A DNA stretch of 64,000 nucleotides, from positions 5,580,001-5,644,000 of the forward strand of contig OZ210885.1 of assembly GCA_964658305.1 (NCBI GenBank), written 5' to 3'. The stretch is from Leptogorgia sarmentosa (Eukaryota). Positions 12,301 to 24,300 of the stretch are shown one piece after another (the stretch's first letter is position 1; each line of letters opens with the position of its first letter). The notes beneath the pieces were generated by a model. It made no database searches, was not told where the DNA came from, and was given only the letters and a program-made list of their open reading frames with translations. The position numbers and the translations under genes were made by a program.

Positions 12301-15300
12301 ATAACATGGGTAGTTTTCAAAGTAAAATTGATAGAGTTAAGAGGGACAAAAATCATAACAGACAGAAAATGTTCAAACTCGGTATAAGCTTTGGTCGTAA
12401 TGATTTAAATTTGGAGGGGCACTTGCAAATGGGGTACAATAGCAAGACGATTAAGAACTATGGACCGGCAGAAAAGCAGTTAGTTTCAGACGCAAAATTA
12501 CCTTTAACCTCCAAAACCGCAGAACAAATCGAGGGGGAGGAAACATCAGTAAAAGATGACTAGCACTTTTTATAAGTAACGTGCTTTGGGAATTTTTGTC
12601 ACAACCAATAAAAATATGTCGAGAGCAGCAGTCGATGAGTATTTGACTAGTGTTTATTACGATCCAAAACGTTCAGGAAGTTTTGGCGGTGCGGAGAGCC
12701 TGTTTCGCGATGTGAAAGAAGAGGGAAAAATGAAATTAACTAGGAAACAAATCTCGGACTGGCTAGCAAGTCAAGATACCTATACTTTGCATAAACCGGC
12801 CCGTCGAAACTTTAAAAGAAATCGTGTCATTGTAGGAGGTATAGACGATGAGTGGCAGATGGATTTAGCAGACGTGCAATCTTTGAAACAGTACAATGAT
12901 GGTTATCGTTATTTACTCGTTTGTATTGACATATTCTCAAAGTATGCGTGGATTGTTCCAATCAAGTCGAAATCAGGTCCTGCTTTAGTTGAAGCGTTTA
13001 AAGTCATTTTATCGTCTGGTAGGAAACCGCAAAAGATCATGACAGATCAAGGAACAGAATTTTATAATAAACCATTTCAAACACTATTGAACAACGAAAG
13101 CATTCAGCTTTTTAATACATTCAACGAGACAAAGGCATCCGTTGTCGAGAGAGTAATTCGCACCTTTAAATCAAAGATGTGGCGTTACTTTACTGCAAAG
13201 AAAACACTGAGATACATTGACATGTTAGCAGACATAGTTTATTCCTACAATCATAGTCAACATCGTAGTATAAAGATGAAACCTGCCCTTGTCAATGTAA
13301 AAAATGAAGATAAAGTATGGCACACTCTATATAACATTGATTTTAATAATGTTCAGCCTGTAAAATATAAGTTTGAGATAAACGATCAAGTTAGAATAAG
13401 TAAAATTAAACGAAAGTTTGAAAAGGGATATCTACCTAACTTTTCAAAGGAGATATTTACTGTAAGCAAAGCATTACCTCGAGATCCGCCGGTATACAAA
13501 CTAAAAGACTTTGATGGCGAAGAGCTTAAGGGAACATTTTATGATAAGGAACTTCAAAAAGTTGTTAAACATGATGATAAATATGAAGTTGAAAAAGTTC
13601 TTAAAAAACGGGGAAAGGGGAAAAATGTACAGTATTTAGTGAAATGGTTAGGTTACCCAAACAAATTCAACTCTTGGGTACTTGCATCGGAAATAAATAA
13701 ACTTTAAAACTGGCGACTGTGTCGTGTTTCATTCACTCTTTACAACTTGGTCATAATGAGCGGAACACATTTTCATGTCACCCTTCCAAGCAATGCATCC
13801 CTTTCGACATTTCCCAATAACAGAACAACTAGTTACCGCGTAAAATTGCCGCATGCAATTGAATTGAACGGTAACTGGGAGGTTGGCCTATATTCAATAA
13901 CCTACCCACACACATGGTACAACATTCCAAAGAATGATAACATCTACTACAGCGCAGACGGTCATATTTTTCTAACGTCTACGGTTGAATATGGCTATTA
14001 TGAAACGATGAATGATCTTGTCAAATCGATCAATAACTCTTTGAAGAAGGAAACGGGGAATGACAATGTGAGATTGACATACAACACTCGAACTGAAAAA
14101 GTTACTATTCATTTGAAAAGTGGATATCAACTTGTCATAACAGGACGAATGTCCATAATTTTAGGATTTGGAGGAAAGGAAATCAAAATTGTCAAAACAA
14201 CAATGAGCCCGTATGTTGCAGACTTGCATGGTTTAACGACAATATTTGCCTATTGTAATATAGTGCAACCTCAGATTGTTGGAGATACGAATGCCAAGTT
14301 GCTTAGAAGCGTCGCCGTTGAGGGAAAAATGGGCGACGTCGTCACTAAAACGTTCACTAACATTCAGTATGTGCCTGTTCAAACAAAATCTTTTGAGGAC
14401 ATAGAGATTCTTTTAAGAGACGACACTGGCGATCCAGTTTCATTTGAACGTGGGAAGGTGTTAGCGACACTACACTTTAGACAACAGGATCGTTTTGTGT
14501 AAATCATGACCCAAACGAATCGATATGTACGTTATTATCTGGACCAACAACATGGCAATGGGATGCCTGTCTTTATGGGCAGTCCGTGGCAACGTGGATA
14601 TGGTCAAATGGGGTATGGACTTGGCGGTTTGTTTCGCAGTGTGGCGAGAGCTGTCATGCCTATGGTTAAAAGTGGTGCAAAAGAATTAGGGAGCATGGCC
14701 CTAAACACTGGCGCGAATTTCTTAGGAGATGTTCTTTCTGGTAAAAATGTGAAAGACTCTGCAAAGGCTCGAGTAAATGAAGCAAAAGATACAGCGAAAA
14801 AGAAGGCTGTTAATATGTTGCAGACGCTGGGACAAACAGGAAGTGGGAAGCGTACGAGGAAAACGACTAAAAAGAGAAAGGCTAAAGCCTCTTCATCCAG
14901 AAGCACACAAGCTAAGAGACGGAAAACATCTCGCATTGACGACATATTCGGTTAATTATGAATTTTGTACACTCAAAGTCACCCGAATGCTCGAAAAGCG
15001 AACTTGATCTATTTGCAGTACCTCCAACACAAGTTAGCTTGGAAAAAGGACGTTGGATAGATCATCAACCTGTTTCAAGTGTATCAGATGATGGTCCAAT
15101 CACGTTTATGTCTTCTGGCACTGAAGATTATGTTGATTTGTCCAAGACAATTTTGGTGGTCAGAGCTAAAGTGACGAATGCTGATTTAACGGACCTTGGG
15201 GCAGATGCTAAGGTTGGCCCTGTTAACAATTTTCTTCACAGTCTATTCAAACAAGTTGATGTGTTTTTAAAAGGGAAACAAGTCTCTCAAGCTAGTGGAA

Positions 15301-18300
15301 CCTATGCTTACCGGGCTTATCTTGAAACCCTTCTGAACTATGGACCATCGGCAAAGCAATCGCAGCTTACCGCAGCTCTTTTTTACAAAGATGCAGCGGG
15401 GAAAATGGACGTAGCAGATCCAACTCTTGCAGCTGACCGTGCAAATCATGGTCTAAACGCAAGATATGAATTCAGCAAGACAAGCGGAATCGTAGAGATG
15501 GCAGGCCCTATATTCAGTGATATATTTTTTACTGAACGTCTTTTATTGAGTTTTGTTGATCTAAAAGTGGTCCTGAATCGTAGTAGCAGCGAGTTTTGTC
15601 TGATGACGTCTGTTGATGACGAAGAGTTTAAAGTGAAGCTGATTGATGCTTATCTGAAAGTACGAAAAGTCAAAGTAAATCCTAGTGTTTCACTTGCGCA
15701 CGAAGTAGCCTTAAAAAAAGGACCTGCAATCTATCCTATTCGACGTGTCGAGTGCAAGAGTTTTATTATTCCAACAGGAAATCCCTCCCTACGGAAAGAT
15801 AATGTTTTTAGTGGACTTGTACCAAGATTGCTCGTTTTTGGATTGGTCGAGAGTGCTGCTTTTAATGGTGGATATAAGAAGAATCCTTTCAACTTTCAAC
15901 ATTTTAACGTGTCGTCTATTGGAATAACGGTAAATGGTGAAGAAATGCCCTTCAAGCCATTGTCGTTGTCCTTTGGTGCTAATCCCCGATTTGTTGAAGC
16001 ATTTTGTTCTCAGTTTTCTGGCACTGGGAAAATGTACTACAACAGTGGAAATGGTATATCCCGACAAGAGTTTCCAAAGGGTTATGCAATTTACGCATTT
16101 GATTTAACCGCCGATATGTGTGGTGCTTCATCTCATTTCAGTGTCGTTCAAAGGGGTAACCTAGCAGTGGATATAAAGTTCTCTGTTGCACCAACGGTAG
16201 CTGTCAGTCTTGTTTGTTACGGAGAGTTTGAGAACTTGATTCAAATTGACTCTGAAAGGAATGTGGTGTATGATTACGGAAGCTAAATGAACACTAATCA
16301 GATTGCTCGTGCACTTGAACAAGACTCCTTCACAAGTAAAAAGTTCTGCGGTGTGTTTCCTTCCGACCGATTACCTGAAACAATCGAGCGATATCCGTGC
16401 GGTTTTGTTGCAAACACAGATCCGAGTAATCAACCTGGAACACATTGGGTAGCATTTTACTTTTCAACGGAACGTAAAGGAGAATTCTTCGATAGTTATG
16501 GAGAGGCACCCGATTATTATAACATTTCATTTAAGAACTACTTAGACAAACATTCGTATGATTGGGAGTTTAACAAACGTAAGCTACAGAGCATTTGGTC
16601 TGATGTATGTGGACATTATTGTATTTTTTACTTAAATCATAGGGCACGAGGTTATAGTATGAACAAGATTGTAAACATGTTTGGTAACAATTCAATGTCT
16701 AATGATAACGAGGTCTTTATCTTCGTTAATCGTCGTTTTAATATACCGTCAAAGGTTTTAGATAAAGAACGTAATCAGTCGAGTAGAAAATTTATAGAGA
16801 AGTAAGATAGCTTAAACTTTTGTAATTTCTTTTTATCAATAAAACTTTAATTCGAAATGTTTAGTGTACTTTCAAAATAGTTTTTGATAAATCTCTTATC
16901 TCGATCGCAAAGAACATTGTGTCCCATGAAAAACTACAACAGCAACAGCAAAGTGATACACCCATTAATTGAAAAATATTTATTGCTCATAATTGTTTAC
17001 ATGAAAGATTAAAAATTATGCCAACGTGTTTTCTTGAGTACTTTTGGTGTAATTGTTTCTACATGTCTCTTTGGCATAGGTTTAGAAGGACTATGGTATA
17101 GAATTTCCTCTTCTCCTGATGAACTGTCGAGTTGGGCTTGTTTCCATCTTTGATCGTTTCGTACCAGATCTTTAGGCATATTCATTTTTGACAAAACACG
17201 AAAAAATTCTTTTGCACCAGAGGGATTGAATTTTTTTCTGCTTCGTACTGCGTCACCAATCAGATCTGATATGTTTGATTTTGGAATTTGAACACCTTCG
17301 AGCTTCACTTGACCGGTCTCATCCCAGGAAATCATGTCAGGTCTTGTCTTCAGACGATTTAAGATTGATGATGCTCTTTGGCGCATTTGTTTCGGAATAT
17401 TATCCACAATCATAGAGTCGGGCAAGGTTGTAGTTTCTTGAGGTGCAGGTTTTGTGTCTTCATCTTTTTCTCTGTTTTTAATTGCTAACTGAACAGTTGG
17501 GATCTGACTGTCGTTTTGTTTTCGTAGATTCAAGTAACGTTCTAAATTCGTATAGTATAATTTCTGTTTTTCTGCATCATCCATATCTGTACGTTGAAGA
17601 ATATTCGACATTTCTGATTCTGTCTTAATCATGTTCGTGACAATTGGAGAGCTTTCAATTTTCTGTTTTTGTTCAAATCTAGCAAATATGTCTTCAGGAA
17701 CTAGAACCATTCGCTTTGCATGCTTCATTTTAGTAATAAACTTCCTAAAGCAGTGAGAACTGGAGGCAACAACGCTGTTAATATATTACCACCTTTTTGG
17801 TTTAAGAGTCGTTTTTTCTTTATGCGTGAAACTTTCTTGTCTGCCAAAGTCCTGAGATGTTTCTTGTATCGAGACAAACGTTGCTTTTGACGTGACGATA
17901 GAGGGATCGTTCCTTTTAACAAATTATATGTACATTCACAAATACTCATGACTACATCAGCCGGTCCGTGGTCTATAATAGCTTTTCTAAGTTTTGGTTT
18001 ACACTTTGCAAGAACTTGCAAGTAAGCCAAATTATCCTTCATTCGCTTGGACATGATTGATCTCAAATGATTTTAACAAAGTTATGTTGTCTGTTTTATG
18101 TGCGTTTAACGTATACAATCTGGCGTTCATTGGGCAGAATATTTGTGCGCAGTCTAATGTTTTCAGGTGTACACTGATGCAAATCCAATAATAAGTAACC
18201 ATAAGGTTTTTTGGTGGCATCTTGATATGACTCTAGCAGGAAGTTACAATTATTTGGGTACATTTGACGTGCCAAGGTAGAAACACCTAAGGAATCTCTG

Positions 18301-21300
18301 GGATTTTTAAAAACAATCATATAGTGCGAGTTTAAGCTTATAGTTCTCGATTGTTTACCAGGGGGGAATAAATTTTGAGTTAAGTACATAACCGATATTC
18401 CCTGATGATGAGAGCCGCGTGTAAACAGATCGGAAACACGCTGATCTTTTGAACACTCTGACATGAGATCGTCGATTATGACTAGCGAGTTTTGGCAACC
18501 TTCGAGCATGCCATACAAATTGTCCGGAAATCCTTCTGTAAAGCAGATGTTAGGTATTGTTTCAGACATATCATCAAATGCCTGTTGATATTCGCCATAA
18601 CAATAAACAATTTTTGACGGCACAGGGTCAAACATTTCATTAAGGTTGCAAAGTACAGACCGCACGAAATATGATTTCCCACATTGACTTTGACCACTGA
18701 TGTAAAAATTAGCTGGTGTTTTAAATCGGACATCCATACTCAGATCCTTCAAACTTTCAAATGAAAAAAACATGCAGATGTACATGAAGATATACAAACA
18801 AAAATCAATGTATAAATGCGTGTTTTAGATATAGTGTCAAAGACATAATGTCAGAGTTCCACTTGAGTTTTAATGTTATTTCCGAACGTATAGCTATAAA
18901 ATTAATAACTAAAATTTCACCGCGCATTACTCTAAAAGTTGTGGATTGCTAATGACAATTATTTAAATTCCATCATGGTTAAATTTGCACAAATTATGTA
19001 TGTTGAATTCATCCTTTTTCCTTTGGCGTTTATTAATTGTATGCCTCAGGATACATCTGTTTGTGTATATGTAAAGCTGGCAATGGTTATGGATTGTTCC
19101 GATCGAGGATTCGAAAGGTTACCCATGCCGGAGGCGAAACATAAAACGAAAAAAATTATGGTTCTGGATTTAAGAAGAAACAATGTTTCGCTCGTTGTCG
19201 AAAAAAATGTTCTCCGGCATTACCCTGGATTAGCCGTTCTTGACATTCGGGACAATCCGATAAAGTGTGACAAACTCGTTTTTTCGAGGATTAGAATCAT
19301 GAGCGACTGCAAAGCGCGATTGATAAACATTGACCCGCATACAACAGGTAAACCCACGCAATCATCATCACCCGGATCGTTACCTGTCAGAAACACCGTC
19401 ACGCAAACAACATCAACATCATCATCATCATTATCAACAACAAGTGGTTTGTTAACCTTCAAAACTACACTTAAACAATCAACTTCAAGCAAAAATAAGG
19501 AAATTCCAAAATTAAAAATTCTCCTATATTCAGCTCTGATACCAGCTTCCATGATTATTTCATTGGGAACAATCATGATAGGCCTCCGTCTGTGTAGATG
19601 TCAACAAAGAACAAACACACAAGACGTGGGGGTGGAATTGAGCCGCATAGGTTCTTTAGGAACCGTGAATACAAACTGTTCGTCGTCGTCTTTGTCCTCC
19701 ATTGAAATCTATGATGTGTCAGGGGTTTAGTCATAAACTGACACTACATCGAAATTGAACATTGCAAAATGTTATATTACATTTATTTTTGTTGGTAGGG
19801 TAAAACTGAATCATCATGCCCGAAGTTTTTGTTTTTAGGTCTGAGGCATAAATTGAACAGACAAATCAGGCACTTTGAAAATTTAATAAGGATATAAAAA
19901 AATTAGATATTTACAACATATTATTAAGATGTCTATAAAATGAGGCGTCTTCGTCTGAGAGAATGTCGTCGTCAACAAAGTCTCTGTCACATGAATTTTC
20001 CGAGCTGCAGTCCGTATTGCGTTCGGAATCTGATTCCATCAAGTCGATTGAATCGGTGGAAAGCCGTGTTTCACGTGAATCCATATTCTGGATGTCATCG
20101 TTCAGTCTAGCATTGCCATCCGCAAAAGATTGAATGTTTGTGTATAGAATGTGATCAGGCACCGATCCATATGAATTTGGTCGAAGAGGTATATTTCTGG
20201 TGTCAGCATTTCGCTCTTCTAATGACCAATTAAATCCATATGGAATAGTATCTTCGCCTTTCCCAAGCACAATACGTTTATCGTACACGACTTGATACGA
20301 CTTTACCTCGCGCTTGTTCACAATCCGTCGGGTCCACTTTTCACGGGTGATTTTGCACTGGTTCACTATATCCAAACTATTTTCTTTTTCTTCCCTGTCT
20401 GAACTATCTAGTGTGGACGGGTTCTCTACATAATTACAAATTGCATTTCTCATAGATTCAAAATTGAGAATCTTACTATTTTTAAAGTTCAATGTAAACC
20501 CTCTTATTTTACAGTGTTTCTTTCCGTTATTTACAACATAAGCATAATTCTTAGGCCCTCCGCATGCAAATCGAGTGATGTAGCTACCCTCTCCATGTTT
20601 TGGAGTTATCTCATTTGTCAGCTGCCCCAGATAATCTCCCGTAGCAGGTTTAGGACTACCCTCCCTTGATATAAAGATACAACTATCAGTATCAACATAT
20701 AAAGCATTCTCCCCTAATAAATCCAATAAATTATACAGTTCCAGTCTTGCCCATGCAGTGGTGAATATACCAATAAATATATTGGTTAATTTGTTTTCTG
20801 CGGCATATTCATGTTTTCGTTTGAAGACAAGTTCCACTAAGTCATCATTTAAAATATGAAGATCATGCATGTCTACATCGGCACCATTGAGGCGCCTATA
20901 AAATTGTAGAGGATCGCTGACAAACTCTGTATTTAACCTGTCATCTTTCTGGCAAAATTTCCCCCACAAACTATTCAGACATAATTTAGCAAAAGCCCTC
21001 AGACCTGGATTGTACTTAATTTTATCCATGCTTAAGCGAATCCTCTCATGCTCATAGTAATCATTCACATATTTTAGCTGGTCCTCGTATGTCTTAACCC
21101 AATCTGGAAACCCTGAGCTTTCCTGCTTTATTTTAAGAAAGAAATTAACGTACTCGCTGAACAAATCAGTTGACGTTTCCTCGAAGTGCCAAATCTCATG
21201 AATTTTAAGAATCCTATAGCCCTTTTCGATAGCCTTTTCAACTTCGATTGTTGTAAAGGTACCCCAAAATGCTCTTTCCTCCTCAGAATGCCGGCATTCT

Positions 21301-24300
21301 TTAGAGTCATCCATGACGCATTGCTTACATAAGGGGAAAAATAGCTTTCCTTTTGCACGAACAGGAAGAACCGGATGATAGAGTTTAGCCGGTGCCAAAA
21401 CTTCGCATTTTATAAGACCGAAATAATTTGAAATAGGTTGAAAATTATCTCGAATTATCACAGGATGACCTATACCATACCTCTTAAACTTTTGAACTGA
21501 CGGGTAGAGGCTTGTGAAATCGTAATAATTTATAGTTTCGTCTTCTTTGGCATCTCGAAACAATTTAAACCCATTTACTCTGCCTCCAAAAAATGCATCT
21601 CGCGGTTCGAGATCGGTAACAATGTCATATGTGTCTAAAAAGTATTTCATCTCCTCCGTCTGTTTGAGTTGTCTAAAGTCATGTTCCCAAATAGTTTTCA
21701 GTTGCCACCCTAGTTGCTGTAGTCTTTGTGCCCGTTTCATTGTATCCTCATAAACTTCATGCATTTTACGTTGATTGTAAAAAGGATGGTCGCCTCTACT
21801 GTCAAAGCACAAAGGACACGCGTGATACAAACATCCGTAAAACTCAAACACAGTATTTGTCTCCTCACAAAACCCGTCAACATAATATGTCTTTCCTAGT
21901 TCCATGTCAAAGATTGCTTTTTCACCACCATTACATGCATGTGCAATAGTCAGATGTTTTTGAGCCGCTATAAATTCTAACCACTCAATGGAAATTTTTG
22001 AATAAGGTCTGTTAGCACCGTGATAAAGATTCTTAGGTACAATAGCGATCGTGTCTTTCTTCAAATAATTCGAACGATAAATAGCCATCACAGCAGCCGC
22101 AATAGTGCAATAACAAAACGGATCAACCTTAGTTTCAGCTAAAAATGACTCCCGAAATTGGATGCAGCATAAACGTAAAATGGTAACGTCCTGTGAACAA
22201 TATCTATACATTTCTTTTTGGAAGTCGAAAATATAACTATTTTTCGTCAAATTTTCATGCCATGCTATAAGTTTATCGCGATCTTTTCCCGACCGAGTGT
22301 CAGGACTGTAATATTTAATCTCCGGTATTGGTCCGACATAGTTTTGGTTTTCAAGGGTGTTGAAGAAAAAAGGAAAATCCCCTTTCGAATAATTGGATTT
22401 ATCCAATCCGAATGTGTCCGGAAACTTTGAAAGAGACATCTGAAGAAAATTTAAAGAGTCAATTAAACGAATATTGTAGTCTTTCACTGATAACTGCATT
22501 ATCTTTTGTCCGGAGTGAATAACATGCATATCGGCAGTGGGTCTATTCTTAATGAGCCATCTTTGCACAAAAACCCCATCGAACGCTTTAGAATTATGTG
22601 CAATTAAAGTATAATTGTCGTGCGATCTATCAAACACAAACAAACAAAACTTGTCCAATGCATCATACCCCTTAAACACAAACTCCGTTCCATCAACATA
22701 TTGTGCAACGGCAAAGTTAACAATATGTTCACCCGAAGAAAAGTCCGTCTCAAAGTCGTAGAAAATAAGTTTGTCGTTTGGTTTTTTAGGTGGTTCAGGT
22801 TGCATGTAACATAAATGACCAGACAATACATACTCCTTACAAACATGACACACATATTCACCACACTTATGTTTGTCCTGTCGTTTTCGTTCTACAGTTA
22901 CAGAACACATATGACATTTAAACGATAACTCACATTTCGAAGGAAGATCAACTCCCTTTGATTTGCGAGTTTTTTTGTGCTGATCAAAACATTGAGCCGA
23001 ACGACAAATTTTGAAACAGTCGGAGCAAGTACGTTTTTCTTCGGAAAGCCATAGACAATCTTTACGCAGGCAAGTGCTGCATGGATCAGAGCATGGATGT
23101 GAAAGGTAGTTTTGAAAAAAAGACTTGCATTTTTCGCAAAAAAAACGTTTACCATGAAAAGCAGGAAGTTTCTCAGGATTGATTACGTTGAAATGATCAC
23201 CGTGTTTGTATAACACGATTTTCTTACTGCCCCTGGGACCTTCATAAATAACAGAGTTACGTGCATCAAAATCTATGACTACAATCTGATAGCCCCCCAG
23301 AACCCCTTGGAATTTAGAGATATCCCGAAGACCGCAAGGACCAGGTAAAACATTTGCTCGTTTATATAGTTTTAGGGCTACTCGTTTCTGAATAAGTTGA
23401 CCGTCTTTAAATTGTTTTAACTTTGGATGTTTATCAGCCATCGCTTGTCCCACAGCTATAGCTCTACCGCAGCATAGATTGTCCTTATTCCTTATTGTGA
23501 TGACTGATTTTTTCACTAAGCTATCTTTATTATAATCTAGTACTTTCAATGACTTTCCGGACCCAATCGGAGTTCGAATGGCGACGATGTCTATTGTAAA
23601 GGATTCGTTCAAGGGGATATTCTCATTGCTTTGTAGAACTTTAGTTACCTCTGACAGTATCCTATTACTCGTCATCTGAATTGCAGGTATCAGTCTGGTG
23701 CTAATTGGTGCTTTCAAAGCGTCAGACCTGATCATAACGCGAAGCTTGTCTTCGAGTGGCGTTTGCAAGTCACATTGTGTTTTTACCTGTGAAACAAAAA
23801 GCAAATAAAAAATCATGATATATGCTTGTTCAAAAAGCTTATATGCTTAAGAAAAAAAAACACATGCTCAACTAAACTGATTGTAAATTTTCAGCTACCT
23901 TTTCTATGCTTTTGGTAAATAGATCGTCTAGTTCGTCTAGGATGTCTTTCACTTTAAAATCATCATTGGGTTCTTCCATAGTAGCACGATAGACGCATGA
24001 TACAGCCCCAAATTTTTTTACGAATTTTTCGGAAACCTTTTCCAATTTGAAGTGGACTGTTTTAGGTTGATCCGAATCGGGCTGTTTTAAAACAGATCTT
24101 TTCTCCATCATTTTTAACCCTTGACGAAGGAGTTTTGATGCTTTGTCCTGCCATTGCAAAACTTGTCTCAGGTTGGGAGATTTCTTGACGATTTCCCTGT
24201 TAATTTTTTTCAATATTCGCCTTGCTTTTTTGTTTTTTCGAATTGCCCGTTCGCGCAAACGTTCCAGTTCTAAACTGGTTGTTTCGCTTCGATTTTTCAT

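Noticed and set aside
14604..22864. Antisense or nested track ORFs inside Polinton genes (e.g. 14604-14945, 19220-19576, 21547-21949)
   Set aside because: They are shadows of well-supported genes and show no recognisable motifs.
23787..23816. PolB start at ATG 23816 with a signal-like N-terminus
   Set aside because: The hydrophobic residues derive from a pyrimidine tract ending in CAG, better explained as an intron acceptor.
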